From: Mobula hypostoma
Lineage: Eukaryota
NCBI RefSeq assembly: GCF_963921235.1
Contig: NC_086107.1
Location: 103,294,001-103,358,000 of the forward strand
Length of the DNA stretch: 64,000 nt
Direction of reading: 5' to 3'
Part shown: in pieces, positions 34,933 to 48,600 of the stretch
Layout of the letters: each line of letters begins with the position of its first letter
Numbering within the stretch: position 1 is the stretch's first letter
The notes under the pieces: generated by a model
What the model saw: only the letters and a program-made list of their open reading frames with translations
Database searches by the model: none
What the model was told of the DNA's origin: nothing
Translations under genes and position numbers: made by a program

Positions 34933-37900
34933 CTCCCATCTCGTCTCCAGGCTTCAGCAAACACACCATTGCGTTAACGATCACTGCCCTCTGCAGGTTG
35001 TTTCTGGAGAACCATCACCTAACTTCTCTGCTGAAAAGCTTGATAACTCTCTCACCTGGACACCCTCACTAGTAGGAGAAACCTCTTTATACCAGTACTT
35101 AAAATAATCCCTTACTGTTTAATATTGCAGGAAATCCAAACCCAGGCTACAGAACATGACCAATGGAGCCTGCAGAATTCCTCTGCCTTCCTTCCATATT
35201 CCATCTAGGGCTCAGCCCTTGGATCTATACTCCAGAGGTGGCCAAAGGCTTTCTGCAGTTGAAACAAAACTCCCCGTTCACACAAGCAGAAGAAAAAGTA
35301 CACCACTGGCCCATCAGATTGTCATTGTCTTGCCCTCTAATTAGAAAGGATACCATGCTTTGATGTTTTGTACATGCATATTTAAATCTGAACTGTCTTG
35401 CTGGTCTATACTTTACTGTCCTAATATTTGCCTTTCTTCAAGTTTAGTAGCCAAAACTTTGACCAAGGGTTTAATCACCAATAGGGCAAATCTGCCTGCC
35501 TTGAGCTTAATGGTTTGCCCCGGCTCTTGCCAATGCTTTCTACTGGCTAGAGACAGGACAGGGCCTCTTCCAGAAGTGTGACCTGCTGCATGAACTGCAT
35601 TGACACATAATGTGGTCTCAACCCTCCCAGCTCATTAGCCATCAATGTTTGTGAACATTATTTTTTAACGAACATTCAAAATCACCTGGAACCTGTTAGA
35701 AAATGTTAACATCTTTAATTAAAAATAATTAATATGACTGCTTACTTTTCAATTTTATGGCTCTCTGCTCACAAGGGTGGGATTTTCAGGCTGAAAGCTG
35801 GCTGCTGGCGGAGAATCTGTTCCATTATCTCTAGATATTATGTTCAAGGATGATTTGTTTTCACTCCAGTTCAGAGATGACTACTTGTCTACTACAGATG
35901 GAGCCAGCATATATGCTCCTCTTATCATTCTCCTGGTTTTCCACATTCTGACAGAGGCACTAGGTTCTCACTGCCAACCTAAATGATCCTCTTTTCATTT
36001 AGTCACAGGGCAGAGTTATGCATTCGTTAAGAAGGGTGGTTTCAGGAACAGTTTTGAAGTGTTTTGTCAGTCTCCCGGTCATCTCTTGTGTGGTGCTTAG
36101 GGCAGCGTGCTAATGAGGCAGCTAATGTGTCATTGGCAAAATGAGATTGCTTTTTCTTCTAGCATGAACTAACTTACCAATACAGTAAACAGATTCCAGC
36201 AAAGAAGCTAATCTCTTCTTTCCAGTTAAGCATGCCTCCATGCCATTAGCTGCACTTTCAACTAGTTGCATTAATTATGAGCCTTAAATTAATTGAACAG
36301 TCTCTTTTAAAATCTTACTGAATTTATTTTGGAAATATTTATAAATTATATGCACAAAGATATGGTGCATACAGACATTATTGCTTACATCACACTTACC
36401 AATGTAGAGTTTGTCATTCAGATGTTAATATGATAACATCAACAAATTTATTTTAAAAATCTTTATTGTCCTTGTAAATGGTAGCTTATGCAAAAATCAG
36501 AAAGATATCTCATCAAAACACAATGAAACAGTGAGCAGCAAATGCAGTTTATTTGAAGCAAAAACAAATTTACAAACTGACATTTAAAACTCTCCTGGTT
36601 CAGAGGAATCAAGTTGGAGTGCAAAGCTAAGGTATAAGGAACATTGTAGCAGGAAGAAAGGGCCACAAACTTCAGAAAGGTAAAGCAGATCACGTGCAGT
36701 TCAACGTGATGTGGAATGTGCACTGTTTAAAAACACTGCTGTGCAAATGATCTATCATATAAGCACTCTGTCAGGGCAAGACAGAGAGCACAATTCATTC
36801 AGGATATTTCAGGCAGCTGGTTATACGGTAGCGTCAGCCAAATTGTCAGGTAACTTCTTTTCAACAAATTAAAGCACAATTGTTCAACAAGTACAGCTTT
36901 TCTTGATCTCTATGATGCAATGAGAATTTGATCAATTTTTTGTATCAAAACTGAAGGTGGAAACTACTCGTCAGCCACCAAAATTTTCATTCAACACTGA
37001 TTTAAACCCACCATTTTTAATATTCATTTACCAGATAGCTTCAGCATTAAAACTGTTCCCTGGATGTGAGATTAAGAGTTCAGGTGACTAAAATGTTGTC
37101 TGTTTATACCCTACTTTATTTCACATTCTAACAGTACAGCAACACTGTAAACTCAGTGCAGATTCAGGTATTTGATTTGACTGTTGCTTCATTCTCAGGG
37201 TTGTGGGAAGAGCATTAACTGGTCCAATTGTCTTTCAGCTGAGAACTAACTAGTTAGGGCAGTTCAAGAGACATTGATAGGTTTCAGTGTATTGACAAGT
37301 ACACAGGCCTTGATCTGAACCAACAATTCTCTCCAAGTATTGTGCCAAAACTAGTAATGTTCTCCCTTTTCTGTAGACATCCCTGTGAGCTAGAAGGGTC
37401 AAGTAAATGGTGAAACAACTCTGCAGGAAGCTAACACTGCATCCCCATGGCAGCCTCTAATGGTAAGTGGACAGTTTAACCCTCCAGGTTTGCAGGAGGA
37501 AGCCAGGACACTGCTACAGCCTCCCATCACAGAATAGGCAGTGCAAGACAGCAACAGGGAGAAGATGGATCCTGCCCATATTACAGTGCGAGTTCACTCA
37601 TAGGAGACTGAATCAAGTGAACTGCATAACAACTACATGAACCTGACTGACGAGTTTCTGAATTACAATCATATTACTCCACAGATTGACTTTGGATATT
37701 CAGCAACTACATTTCACTGTTTCACTCTATGCCCTCTGTGGGGGGAGAGGAGGAGAAACTGTCCCACTACAACAGTTGCATAGGCTACAAATTAAACAAT
37801 AATTCTGTCAATGACTAAATATGAAAGGCTGCTCCAAATCCCCTCCAGGGCATTTCAGAATGACAAGTGTCCCACCCAGCTCCTCGGCAATAATTGTGGA

Positions 37901-39158
37901 TGCTCACTGTTGCAGGTGAACAGGGATACCCAATGTCACTTCACAATCAACGGACAGGAGCTACTCCCAGGTACTAGAAACATAAGCAATGTCATAAAGC
38001 ATCCATCCTTTCCATCAAGACAATGCAGTGAGAGGCATTCAGATTCAGTGATGAAATGAATACAACACAAAATTATAAACAGTAATCTGCACAAAATGAA
38101 CTGCTAAACCCGACAGCCTGGGGAAGAATCAATATAAATAATGGCAGATTTCCAGCAGCAAGCAGCTTTGTAACATAACTGGGTAATAGGATACCGAGAA
38201 ATCACCATGTTTTCAAATCAGTGGCTAAAGGAGTAATCATGACATTAAAAATTAATAACACAACTGAAAATGAGTCCTTTGTAAAAGCATAAAAGCAAGG
38301 TGAACTGCTACAGATATGTAATGAGCAAATGAATTTGAATGGATACTGCGACTTGGCAATGAATTGGCTTTACCTCATCTTCCAGTCAATGCCTCTTAAG
38401 AACAGCAAATTAAAATTTCTTAGTAAATGCTAAGAATATACTTTCCATGTCTTTAGTTTGAATGGACTTGCAACATTTTAGTCTGTTACTTTAAGTGATA
38501 TTAAATCATTGGTTTACAGGAGCTAAATTCTACCAATTGGGGCCACTATTTAGATACATGTAAATATTTATTAAAAGGAAGAAATATTTTCCATAAAATC
38601 CATAACAGTAATCCAATTTAGTCCAGATAGTTGTGGTTTCGTTTGACCATATCAACCCGAAACATTAACTCGCGCTCCTCTCTTGGCATATGTCAGGAAG
38701 CGTGGGAGTGATATTGAACACCAGTATTTAAATCCTGACTTTATGCGAAGTCGTGGAGCACAAAGACGAAACCTCAATAGGCTAATCTCAGATGCCCCCC
38801 TCTCCTCTCAACCTGCTGTTCTATAGGCAGTAGGAGCCCTTGAAACCCTCTTGGCACATAGGACCATGTACAGATGGCTGACCTAGAGATGGTTACGGAC
38901 AATGAAGGGGGCACTTTACATCATACACTTTCAGATTTACATTGAAACTTTCCACTAAATGGCCAAGGTAAAGCAATCTTTCAGGACACCAAAGCTACTG
39001 CTGACAGACATATTACTAACTGGATTCTTGGCTTTCACCTGCAGCCTGGTTTGCAAGCATTGCACAGGCAAAAGCTCAAAGATCAGAAATATCTCCGTTT
39101 CTTCCATGCTTTCTCCAAGGGTGTAAGATCACGTTTACCCAGTTCAAAGTGAACAAGG

Positions 39159-39240
39159 TCACAGACTAGTTTCCACTGCGGAGCCCATGGGTAAACTGCC
39201 GTCGTCTGTCTCCTCGCACTGGCTAAAGGGACTGATCATC
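39159..39240 (-). CDS. Putative alternative last coding exon of DESI1 ((MIS)PFSQCEETDDGSLPMGSAVETSL*)
   Basis: Two in-frame AG acceptors (TTACAG|GATGATCAG|TCCCTTTAGCCAG) compatible with the phase-2 end of exon 5; its start mirrors exon 6 (CAG|TCCCTTTGGGCAG). Confidence 0.4.
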
Positions 39241-40284
39241 CTGTAACATTGATAGTTATATAGAAAGGAATTTGTATTGATAGAGGCGGAAATGTTTTGC
39301 ATCACTTATAACCCTTAGTGTGGAAAACAAAGCTTGGAAGGAGGAAATAGTATGAGATTTAACAATTGAACTGACGCAAAAAGAAAATCATTTATAATTA
39401 ATCATGGAATTCAGTAATACAGGTGATTACAACCCATAACAACTCCTTTCCCACTCCTACAATGCAGCACCCATGCAGCAATGCTATCCCATCACACGCA
39501 AGGCTGTAAGCAATGCACAATACAAGTTTCCTACTACTCGTAATAAGCCAAACAATTAGTTCCAGACACCCCAATGTTTACAAATTCACTGTGAGAAATG
39601 AGACTCAGTGGTTTACTATCCACCGTACTGCAGTGGACTCAAGTTTTAGCTGGCGTTTTAAACTGGTCTGGTTTACAGCTGAGAAATTTTGCAGATACCA
39701 TCATGATATTGAGAGCAGACCTACAAACCAGGAGACGAAACCTACTTTCACAGAACTCATAGAAGTATTATTTTCAATCTAGCAAACCCCAGAGACCAGA
39801 GCCATTTGACAGGAAGCACAGACTAGCTCCCAGTCTTGTCACTTCCAATTTATAATAGCTTGCCCGCCCTCACATAGTACACAGGAATGTCTTGTATATC
39901 TCAACGTCTGCTGCCATTTAGTCATCAAACAGTTAATCTAGTCCAAAAAAAGGCAGAGGTAACATGATTAGCAACAGAGCCTGCAGTTTCTGTTTATTAT
40001 CCAGTATTTGCCCTTGTTAATTTACAGGTCTTCACATGGACAGTGGATAACCTAGGAACCGATTCCATCGTGCTCTGCAACATTTCACTAGCACCACAAG
40101 GGCTGAGCCTACAGATTGGCAATTAATGAACGATTCTGACCTAGACTTTGCATTATTCTGCAACACCAAACTAACACAGTCTAGGTGAAATCAGAGTAGA
40201 TATTGAAGGCTGCGATCTTGACGGTCCCAGACTGTTCGATTTCAACCACTGGAACAGCTTTTGGTTGTCTTATTGAACAGATAA

Positions 40285-40560
40285 GTCTGGCATAGATGGT
40301 CCCAAGCCCAGTTACAAAAGGAGGGCTGGGCATAGGGCTAGCAACCCATCCCGTTAAAAACCCAGAGTTACAGAAATGCCAAGAGAGGCTTCAAAAGCCT
40401 CATCCCAGGGAGAGGAAGGATCGTCACCTAGGAGATGTATGAAATTGTGTGGTGAAAGCAGAAGTCACAGGGCTGATAAATCTTCGGCCTGGGACTGAGG
40501 ACTCTGGTGAGCTGCTGTCAGCAGCCTATGCCCCATTTGGGGTCATGGGCTTAAGAAGAA
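40285..40560 (+). mobile_element. RTE-derived short element
   Basis: GGGCTAGCAACCCATCCCGTTAAAAA head and GCCTATGCCCCA...GGGCTTAAGAAGAA tail. Confidence 0.45.
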
Positions 40561-40684
40561 TTTAACAGATCTTAAAAAATACAGGGAATGATGAACTCCC
40601 TGCTCTGTGCTTAACAGGCTGGTCTCCAAGTGAATTACAATTAATGAAATACAATCAAATGGTTAAACTGCCTACCAACACCTA

Positions 40685-41464
40685 CACTGGACAACAAAGA
40701 TTTTGCTTCCCGAATACTTTCAGGTGTTTCTTGTGGATTTTGGGTTGCTGATCATGAAAATCACCATGAAATTTCCTATTACACAAATTTTGTTTTGAAA
40801 TTGCCTGTATTTGTTATTTCAAGTCATAAATCAAGTCAGAATAACTGATGCCAAGATTAAGGAAGGCATTTTTGTTGGTCCATAAAACAAACAGGTCATT
40901 AATGACTGGTAATTTGAAGAATGTCTAGTAGGACCAGATAAAATTACATGGAACGCATTCAAGGATGCTATTGAAAATCTTCTTGGTAACTACAGAGCAC
41001 CAAACTATGTGCAGCTGGTTGACAACATGCTTCAAGCATACAAAACCATGAAGTGTAACATATTATGAAAGATTAATTTCCTGCATTCCCATTTAGACTT
41101 AATCCCTGCAAATCTTGGCACTGTTAGTGATGAGCATGGGGAAAGGTTTCACCAGGACATTGCAGTCATGGAGAAACGGTATCAGGACAACTGTAATCCA
41201 TCAATACTGGCTGATTATTGTTGAACACTTAAGTGAGAATCCTCAGGCACTGAGCACAAAACAAAAATCATCAACATTTTTAGCTTAGTTGCACCATTAT
41301 ATAATTAAATGCATTATATTCAATAAAAGTTAATTTCTTGTTTCTCCAAATTCCTACATGGTACAAATAGTCTGAAATTATATTTGTGTTTAGTTTCAAG
41401 ATCATACATAAAAAAAAACTTTTGAGGAAGTATTGCTTTTGGAAAAAAAAATTGTTGTCCAGTG
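40685..41464 (+). mobile_element. Chapaev3-type DNA transposon, internally deleted, both TIRs present
   Basis: TIRs CACTGGACAACAA / TTGTTGTCCAGTG; flanks CTA/TTA; transposase C-terminal remnant AKIKEGIFVGP ... FLHSHLDLIPANLGTVSDEHGERFHQDIAVMEKRYQ...LADYC. Confidence 0.8.
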
Positions 41465-42554
41465 TTATCAACCACCAAGTAGCCAGCTGAAAAGGAAAGC
41501 CTCTTGTTTAACTGGGAACCACTCTGCAGTTCTGCACCATATTCTGGACAACAGAAACAATGGGAGCAAACTGACAGAACAGTAATAAATGATCATGAGG
41601 TAGTCTGAAACTTGGAGACCTGGCCTGACTCTATTCTTCAACCAATATATTATAGGTACACAATACACATTCAAACTTGGTCAGTAGAATAAGAGAGTTA
41701 ACAAATAACAAAGCTAAATAAAGAAATAACAAATTGAATCCAAGTACTGAGATTTGCTCCAAACCCAACAGGAATTGTGCTATGAACACAGCATTACCAG
41801 GATGTCACTGAGACCCAAATATTTAAACTGCCAAGAAAATGTGCCAGAAGGAAAAAAAAGGCACTCAGAAATCTGTGCCGCCTTCAAGATATAATAATGG
41901 ACAAGTTCCTGAACTGGGGAAACAGGAACTGACAAAGGAACCCAAATGAGAGAGCCTAGAGCAAATTTCACAAGTGTGGTACAAACAGCAAGCAATTTGA
42001 GATGAGCAATTAAGTCAATTATATGACATGGAAAGTGCAGTGACTGAAATTACATTACCCTTCCCCATATCACTAATATGCAAAACATTTAATAAATAAG
42101 TCCAGTGACGACACTGGAAAGTTATCCATTGCATTGATTGATGCACTGACAATCAAACTGGCACTACAGTGGTTAAATACTAACATGTCCATGCTGGTGG
42201 TATATTTCAGGAATAATCCAGAGGACAGGTGGTGGTACAGATAAAATTATTGTATTGCAAGAAAGAATGCAATGTCTCAAATGCCTATTAACACAGTTCA
42301 TTCAAAGACAGCTAACAAAGGAGCAAGAAAATCAGAATATTGCACTGTAAAGTCAGTAAAGTATGTATATGCACATTTTAAACAGCATTTTAGAAAAGAA
42401 ATTTTCTACCACTTTTCAACTGTTCTACCTATGTTAAGTATGATGAAAGATACTTGTGAAAGGAAATCTTCATTTTTCTTGATACCACTGCTAAGTTCTG
42501 CGAGGCTGGTGACCACATATTTTCCACAGACAGCAGCACTTTGAAACGGTTTCA

Positions 42555-42645
42555 TTAGCTCTGATTATTTTCATTGATACTGGTTCCTCCATTTGGCTGA
42601 ATCTGAACAGACTCTAGGAGTGGCTTAATGAGCTGCCCAAAGGGA
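42555..42645 (-). CDS. DESI1: DESI1 exon 6 coding part ([29 protein letters not shown])
   Basis: Acceptor TTTCAG|TCCCTTTGGG; TAA immediately followed by TGA. Confidence 0.93.
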
Positions 42646-45600
42646 CTGAAAACAAAAGGAGAGGAACACAGAAGTTAGATGTTATCCCACCCAATGAGCC
42701 TCTGCATCCAACACATCATCTTCCACAACTTCCAAAGGGATCCCACCACCAAAATTCTCTCTCCCTCCACCACCTCATTTCACAGGGATCACTCCCTCCG
42801 CGAACCCCTTGTCCATTCGTCCCTCCCCACCAATCTCCCTCCTCCCTCCTGGCACTTATCTCTGCAAGCAGCCGAAGTGGGATACCTGCCCATTCACTCC
42901 TCCCTCAGCTCCAAACAGTCATTCCAGGTGAGGCAACACTTCACCCACGGATCTGCTGAGGTCATCTACTGTGTCCGGCGTTCCCAATGCGGCCTCCTCC
43001 ACGTTGGCGAGACCCATCGTAAATTGGGGACTGCTTCATTGAGCACTTCTGCTCCATCTGCCATAAGCAGAACTTCCTGACAGCCAAACATTTTAATTCC
43101 AATTCCCATTCCGACATGTTGGTCCACGGCCTCCTCTTGTGCCAAGATGAGGCCACCCTCAGGGTGGAGGAGCAACACCTTATATTCCGACTGGGTGGCC
43201 TCCAACCTGATGGCATGAACATCGATTTCTCCTTCCAGGTAAAAAAAAATCCCTCATCTCTTCTATTCCCCACTCTGGCCTCTTACCTCTTCTCACCTGC
43301 CCATCACCTCCTCCTGGATCCCTCCTTCCCTTTCTCCTATGGCCCACTCTCTTATCAGATTCCTTCCTCTCCAGCCCTTTACCTTTCCCATCCACCTGGC
43401 TTCACCTATCACCTTCTAGGTATCCTCCTTCCCCACCCCGTCTTTTTATTCTGGTGTCTTCCCCCTTCCTTTCGAGTCCCGAAGAAGAGTCTCAGCTTGA
43501 AGTGTTGACTGTTTATTCCTCTCCATAAATGCTGCCTGACTTGCTGAGTTCCTCCAGAGTTTTGTGTGTGGCTTTAGATTTCCAGCATCTGCAGACTTGT
43601 TCGTGTTTAGATTTTATTGTTCAGTTTTTACTGTTCCATTCAGAAGGCACAGATGCTTCATTGGGGAAGAGGTAATTCAATAGCATCTTGCCTAGACTGA
43701 ATGCAGGGAATGTTGCTAGTCCATCCAACAATAAAGGGCCATCGTCGCTGACAACTGCACAATTTGTAGCCAGAATCACTGGACTGCAGTCAGGATTGGA
43801 AATCAACAAAGGCTGATAAATAGACTCTCCCTGCTCTAGCCCAGAGTTAATTACAGTGAAGGCAGAAGGCCTATTGGTCTGTTTGCATCAAAAAAGCTTT
43901 CCTAAGTCTTTAGAGACTCTTGCAGTGTCCCTACACAGATCAATGCATTCAGAAGAGAAGAAAAATATTGGAACAAAACTAAAAGTACAAGTACTTACGT
44001 TGATAAAACCTCAGAAGGTAGGTCTGTGATATAGGATGGAATCTTCTTCCCAGTAAGAAACTGGGCCACTTCATTACTGAATGTATTGCAGTTATGTTCA
44101 AAAAGTTTGTAGCATTCTCCCCTGCGTGGTTAAAGATTTCACACAACAGTTAATCAGTGGTAGGAAGACCAAAGATCTCACTGAATACCATAAGAACACA
44201 GGAACAAACTACTTACTGAACAGCAATAAATCTCCAGATATTGTCAGACCCCAGATGGATAAATAGATTTATTTTTGCCTGCTTTACTTATCAACAAATT
44301 TGGGTTCACTTCACATAACTTTCATCAAGTTTAGAATATATCCAACCAAATTAGGAAAAAACTCAAAATATGTTTAATAAGATGAACGAAGTTACACTGT
44401 GGCTAATAGACTATGATTCACAGACAGTATAATTGTGGCCAATGGTGTACACACAATTCTCCATGAATGGATACATGAGGAACTGATGTATGTTTTACCA
44501 GTGCACTGAACTACAGATGAGAACTACACTGAAACCGTGAACAATAGACCAAGAACTAAAACCTTACCTACCATCAAATCAAGGCATCGACAATATAAGC
44601 TAGGGCCTATAGGTTTCACCAATGACAGAATAATGCCAACAGGTTTAAGAAGAGGCATGCATCATCTTGAATATAGATCAAGGGTGATCTAATGAAAGCA
44701 CTTAAGATGATTAAAGGATTTTTTTTTGCAGGCCTTGTAAAATAAAGATAAAATGCTAAAGATGCGCCCCATAAGCCAAGGACACAGAGAGGAACAACAA
44801 CAAAGGATTTTTTGTTTAGAGAGCAAATTTCCACTGTTGTTCTTGACTTTACTCAATCACACTGAGGTCTTTGACTTCAACATTTGGACAAACTGTGGAT
44901 TACCGTCCTCAAATCTGGCCACCGGCATTCTACACATTTCCTTTAGTGAAGTCACTAACAAGGAGGCCTGACCTTGGCATGAGCTACTGGACCAGAGGTA
45001 ACTTTAGGGCACACTTCCTCACAATGATTACTGGAAACTTGGAACTCTCTTCAGGATTGTATCAACCAAAACTTTCAAAAGGGAAACTGACAGGGTTTTG
45101 TCAGGGGAAAAATGTTAAAGAACAATGAAATAGGATGGGTGAATGAAGCCACAAACATACATGAATTTTAAATTTACTCTTTTTTTTAAATCCAGTCCTG
45201 CTGAAGGGTCTTGGTCCAAAACATCAACTGTACTCTTTTCTATATGTGCTGCCTGGCCTGCCGAGTTCCTCCAGCATTTTGTGTTGCTTGAATCAGATTG
45301 GATGGGCTGAATGGCCTACTCTTATTCCAGTGTCCCTTTGTATATTTTGTACAAGTGAAAAATAAACTTCCTGGTCCCATCCTTGGTGAGAACTGAATAT
45401 TCTGACTCAGCAGGACTGCCTTAATATTTTCTTAATACACAAATAGAGATGGCAATTTGCCTGGAAACTTAGACTGCATCTGTGAATAGTCCAGTTGCTT
45501 TATTCCAGAAGGTCCGAAAATAATGCAAGAATAATCAGAATGGAGGAGGTTATACCCACTAAGAACAGGGTAGGATTTTTTTTCCTCAGTAAAGTGAAAT

Positions 45601-48600
45601 GAGGGTCAATCCTAAAGGTCTTCAAAATGTGTATTGATATATTACTGTCATGTGCACCAAGATACTGTGAAAAGCTGGTCTTGAATCCTGTTCATATAGA
45701 TCAGACTATACAGTGCATCGCACTAGAGTAAGGTAAAGTAAAAACAATGTGGATTAAAGTGTAAAAGCCACCAAAAAGTGCAGTGCAGATAAATAATAAA
45801 GCACAAGATCATTACGAGGTAGAGAATGAGGCCAAGAGTCCATCTTATACAAGTACAGGACATGGAAAGATATTCATGAGAAATTAATTCTAGAAGCAAT
45901 TAAGAAAAGGAATTTGGGAGAAACTAGGAAGTGGTTAGAATCTGGAATGGCTGTAATGACAAGGAAAGCTGCCAGAAAACATGAGAGAAAGCAGGGCATG
46001 TTGGTGGAACCAATACTTTGGGTGCACAAACCTGTGTGAACCGGGAAGAGTTAAAACTGGATCCTATCTGTAAATATTTTAAAACAAATACTATTCTAAG
46101 AAAAAAAAATTGCTAACTTTGTGATACAGCTCAACAAGATGATTAAATCTCAGTATTGACACAAAGGAAATCTGCAGCATTTAAAGCAATTCTTGAGAAA
46201 CCTCACGTGAGTCAGCATTTTCAAGACGAGACTATAATTGAAAGACCTGATATGTGCCGTTTGGTCTTGCATGGCACAGCAATTCTTCATTGGCAACAAC
46301 ACAACTATAATGTGACACATCACTTTGGTAAATTCTATAATAGGTTCATTTTGTGTGGGGAGATGGTTTTGGGGGTTGATGTTCTTGTTCTGTTTTTGTT
46401 AGATTTTTTTGTGCAGGGGAGGGGGATTTGGGAGCTGATGTTTTTGTTGAGTTTCGTGCGGGGGGGGTTGATGATCGTATTGCCATTCTTTTTTTGCATG
46501 GGGGGTAGTGGGTTTACTGTTTCTCTTTGGTTCCATGACTTCCATGGTTTTCCTTGTTTTGTGGTTATCTGGAGAAGAAGAGTCTCAGAGTTGTACACTG
46601 AATGCATACTTTGATAGTAAATAAACCTTTGATTTATAAATACAGTAGATGACAAGTGGTATGCATAAAACCCACATTTTCCTGGATGTCTGCAAAGAGT
46701 AAGAATTTCAGGTTGTACACTGTATACATTCTCTGACATTAAATTGAACCATTGAAACAAACTGTACGGATATATGCTTTAGCACTGGTCATGCTGTTGG
46801 TAACTTAAAGTAAATCTGGATGCCCATATGGTTTGTTAAAGATTTTTTAAAGGAATAACTTTATTTGCCACATGTACATTCAAGCGTACAGTGAAATGTG
46901 TCACTTGTGTAGGGGATATGCTGGGGCCAGCCCATAGGTGTCGCCACATTTCCGGCACCAACAGAGCACGTTCGCAGCCTACTAAGCCTAACTTGTACAT
47001 TGTGTGGGAGCAACCCCATGTGCTCATGAGGAGAATTACAAACTCCTTACGGGCAGCAGCAAGAATTGAACCCGATTTTACAGCTGACCTGCAGTAAAGC
47101 ACTGCATTAACCGCTAAACTCTGCCACCCCTGTGGCTTTTAAACACAACAACTGGGCCTACTTTGCCTGCATGCAGAGAACACAAAAAAAGACAACAACC
47201 AGGAACTAACCTGAAGGATGATTCTCCCAAAGATGATAAATAGTCCATGATTAACTCCTCAGTCACTTCTGTGGTGCCAAGATCAATGACAGAGTCAGGT
47301 GGTCCAAGTAATGTCCCGCCCTGGGAATCAAATAAGTCACATTGGACACTATGGCATAAAATAAAAGTACCTACAAAATACTGGTGTCAAATTTTAAGTG
47401 GTTCCTGAATTGGAAGCATTGTACAAAAGGAAGTTAACCAAAAAGAATTCAGCAATGCCAGTTACGAAAACATCAAATTAGTTCTCCCGATGGAATGCAG
47501 AAACAAACTTTCAGATTTCTTTTTGACACAGCAGGAAGCCACTTAGCTCAATGAGGATACTGCAGCTCTCAGAGCAACCCCATCAATCCCATTCCTGGAT
47601 TTATTTCCCTACAATCTACTCACAATTCACAGACTTATGCTGACTTAGCTGATCCCAGCTGAGCTGTCTACTCAATGCTTCTGTCGTTCCTCCCCGCGCC
47701 TTCTGGCACATCGAGTGGCAACCTTGTTGTTTCTGAAGCATTTGTTTTTTTTTACCAGGCCGAGTTGCTAGCTCGATGCTCAACCCAACACGGATGGAAA
47801 ACATGCAAGGAGCTGGCCAGATTCAAACCCGGAACCATTTGCCTTGAAGTCCGGTGTGGATGCCACTACACCACTTGCTCAATGCTCCACGGAAGAGGAA
47901 ATTAGCTAGGCTTCCTGAATTTGATAGCTTACCAATCAGATTTTGTTTATTTGTACAAAAACGTGCTAAAAGATATGTAGACAACATGCAGGTGGATATT
48001 GTTTGCTGAGGGGAAACCTGGGTGGAAAGGGGGTGGGGAAACAAGCTCCCGTGCGTATGAAGAAACAAGATGGGCTTGGTGCCACTAGCAGTTTTTATAT
48101 CAGTGACGGGGTGACTGACCACCAGAACAAAGCTCCACAAAGGAGAGAGTGCAGTCCGATTCCTTATAGACACCAAGACTGTATGAGGTAGAAGCATGTG
48201 GCAAGCATCTTTTCCCTTTAGAAAATAATGAGTGGCCCAAGGTCATTATTGCCTATGTGGGCTGGAGGGGAATTTTGTCCAGAGGTGGTCCATTTAGCTG
48301 GATGTCAGGGTTTCTGTCTGTCAGGAGTTAGAGGGGAAAGGGTTTTTACATCAACAAGAAAGTCAGCTGAAGAACAGAATGAGTACATAATGAGGCAAAC
48401 ACTTTGGGAAAAAAAAATAAAGAAAATACTCACCGGCTGACAGTTGGCAATTCCACCTGATCCATAGAAGAACTCTTCACCATTAACAACAATTGCAGTG
48501 TGCCTGACAGAAGCCAGATACAATAAACATTTTAATACTATAATTAAAACATAGTTACAAACACATTACCAAAAGAATATTATTTAGAAAATGCAATTAA

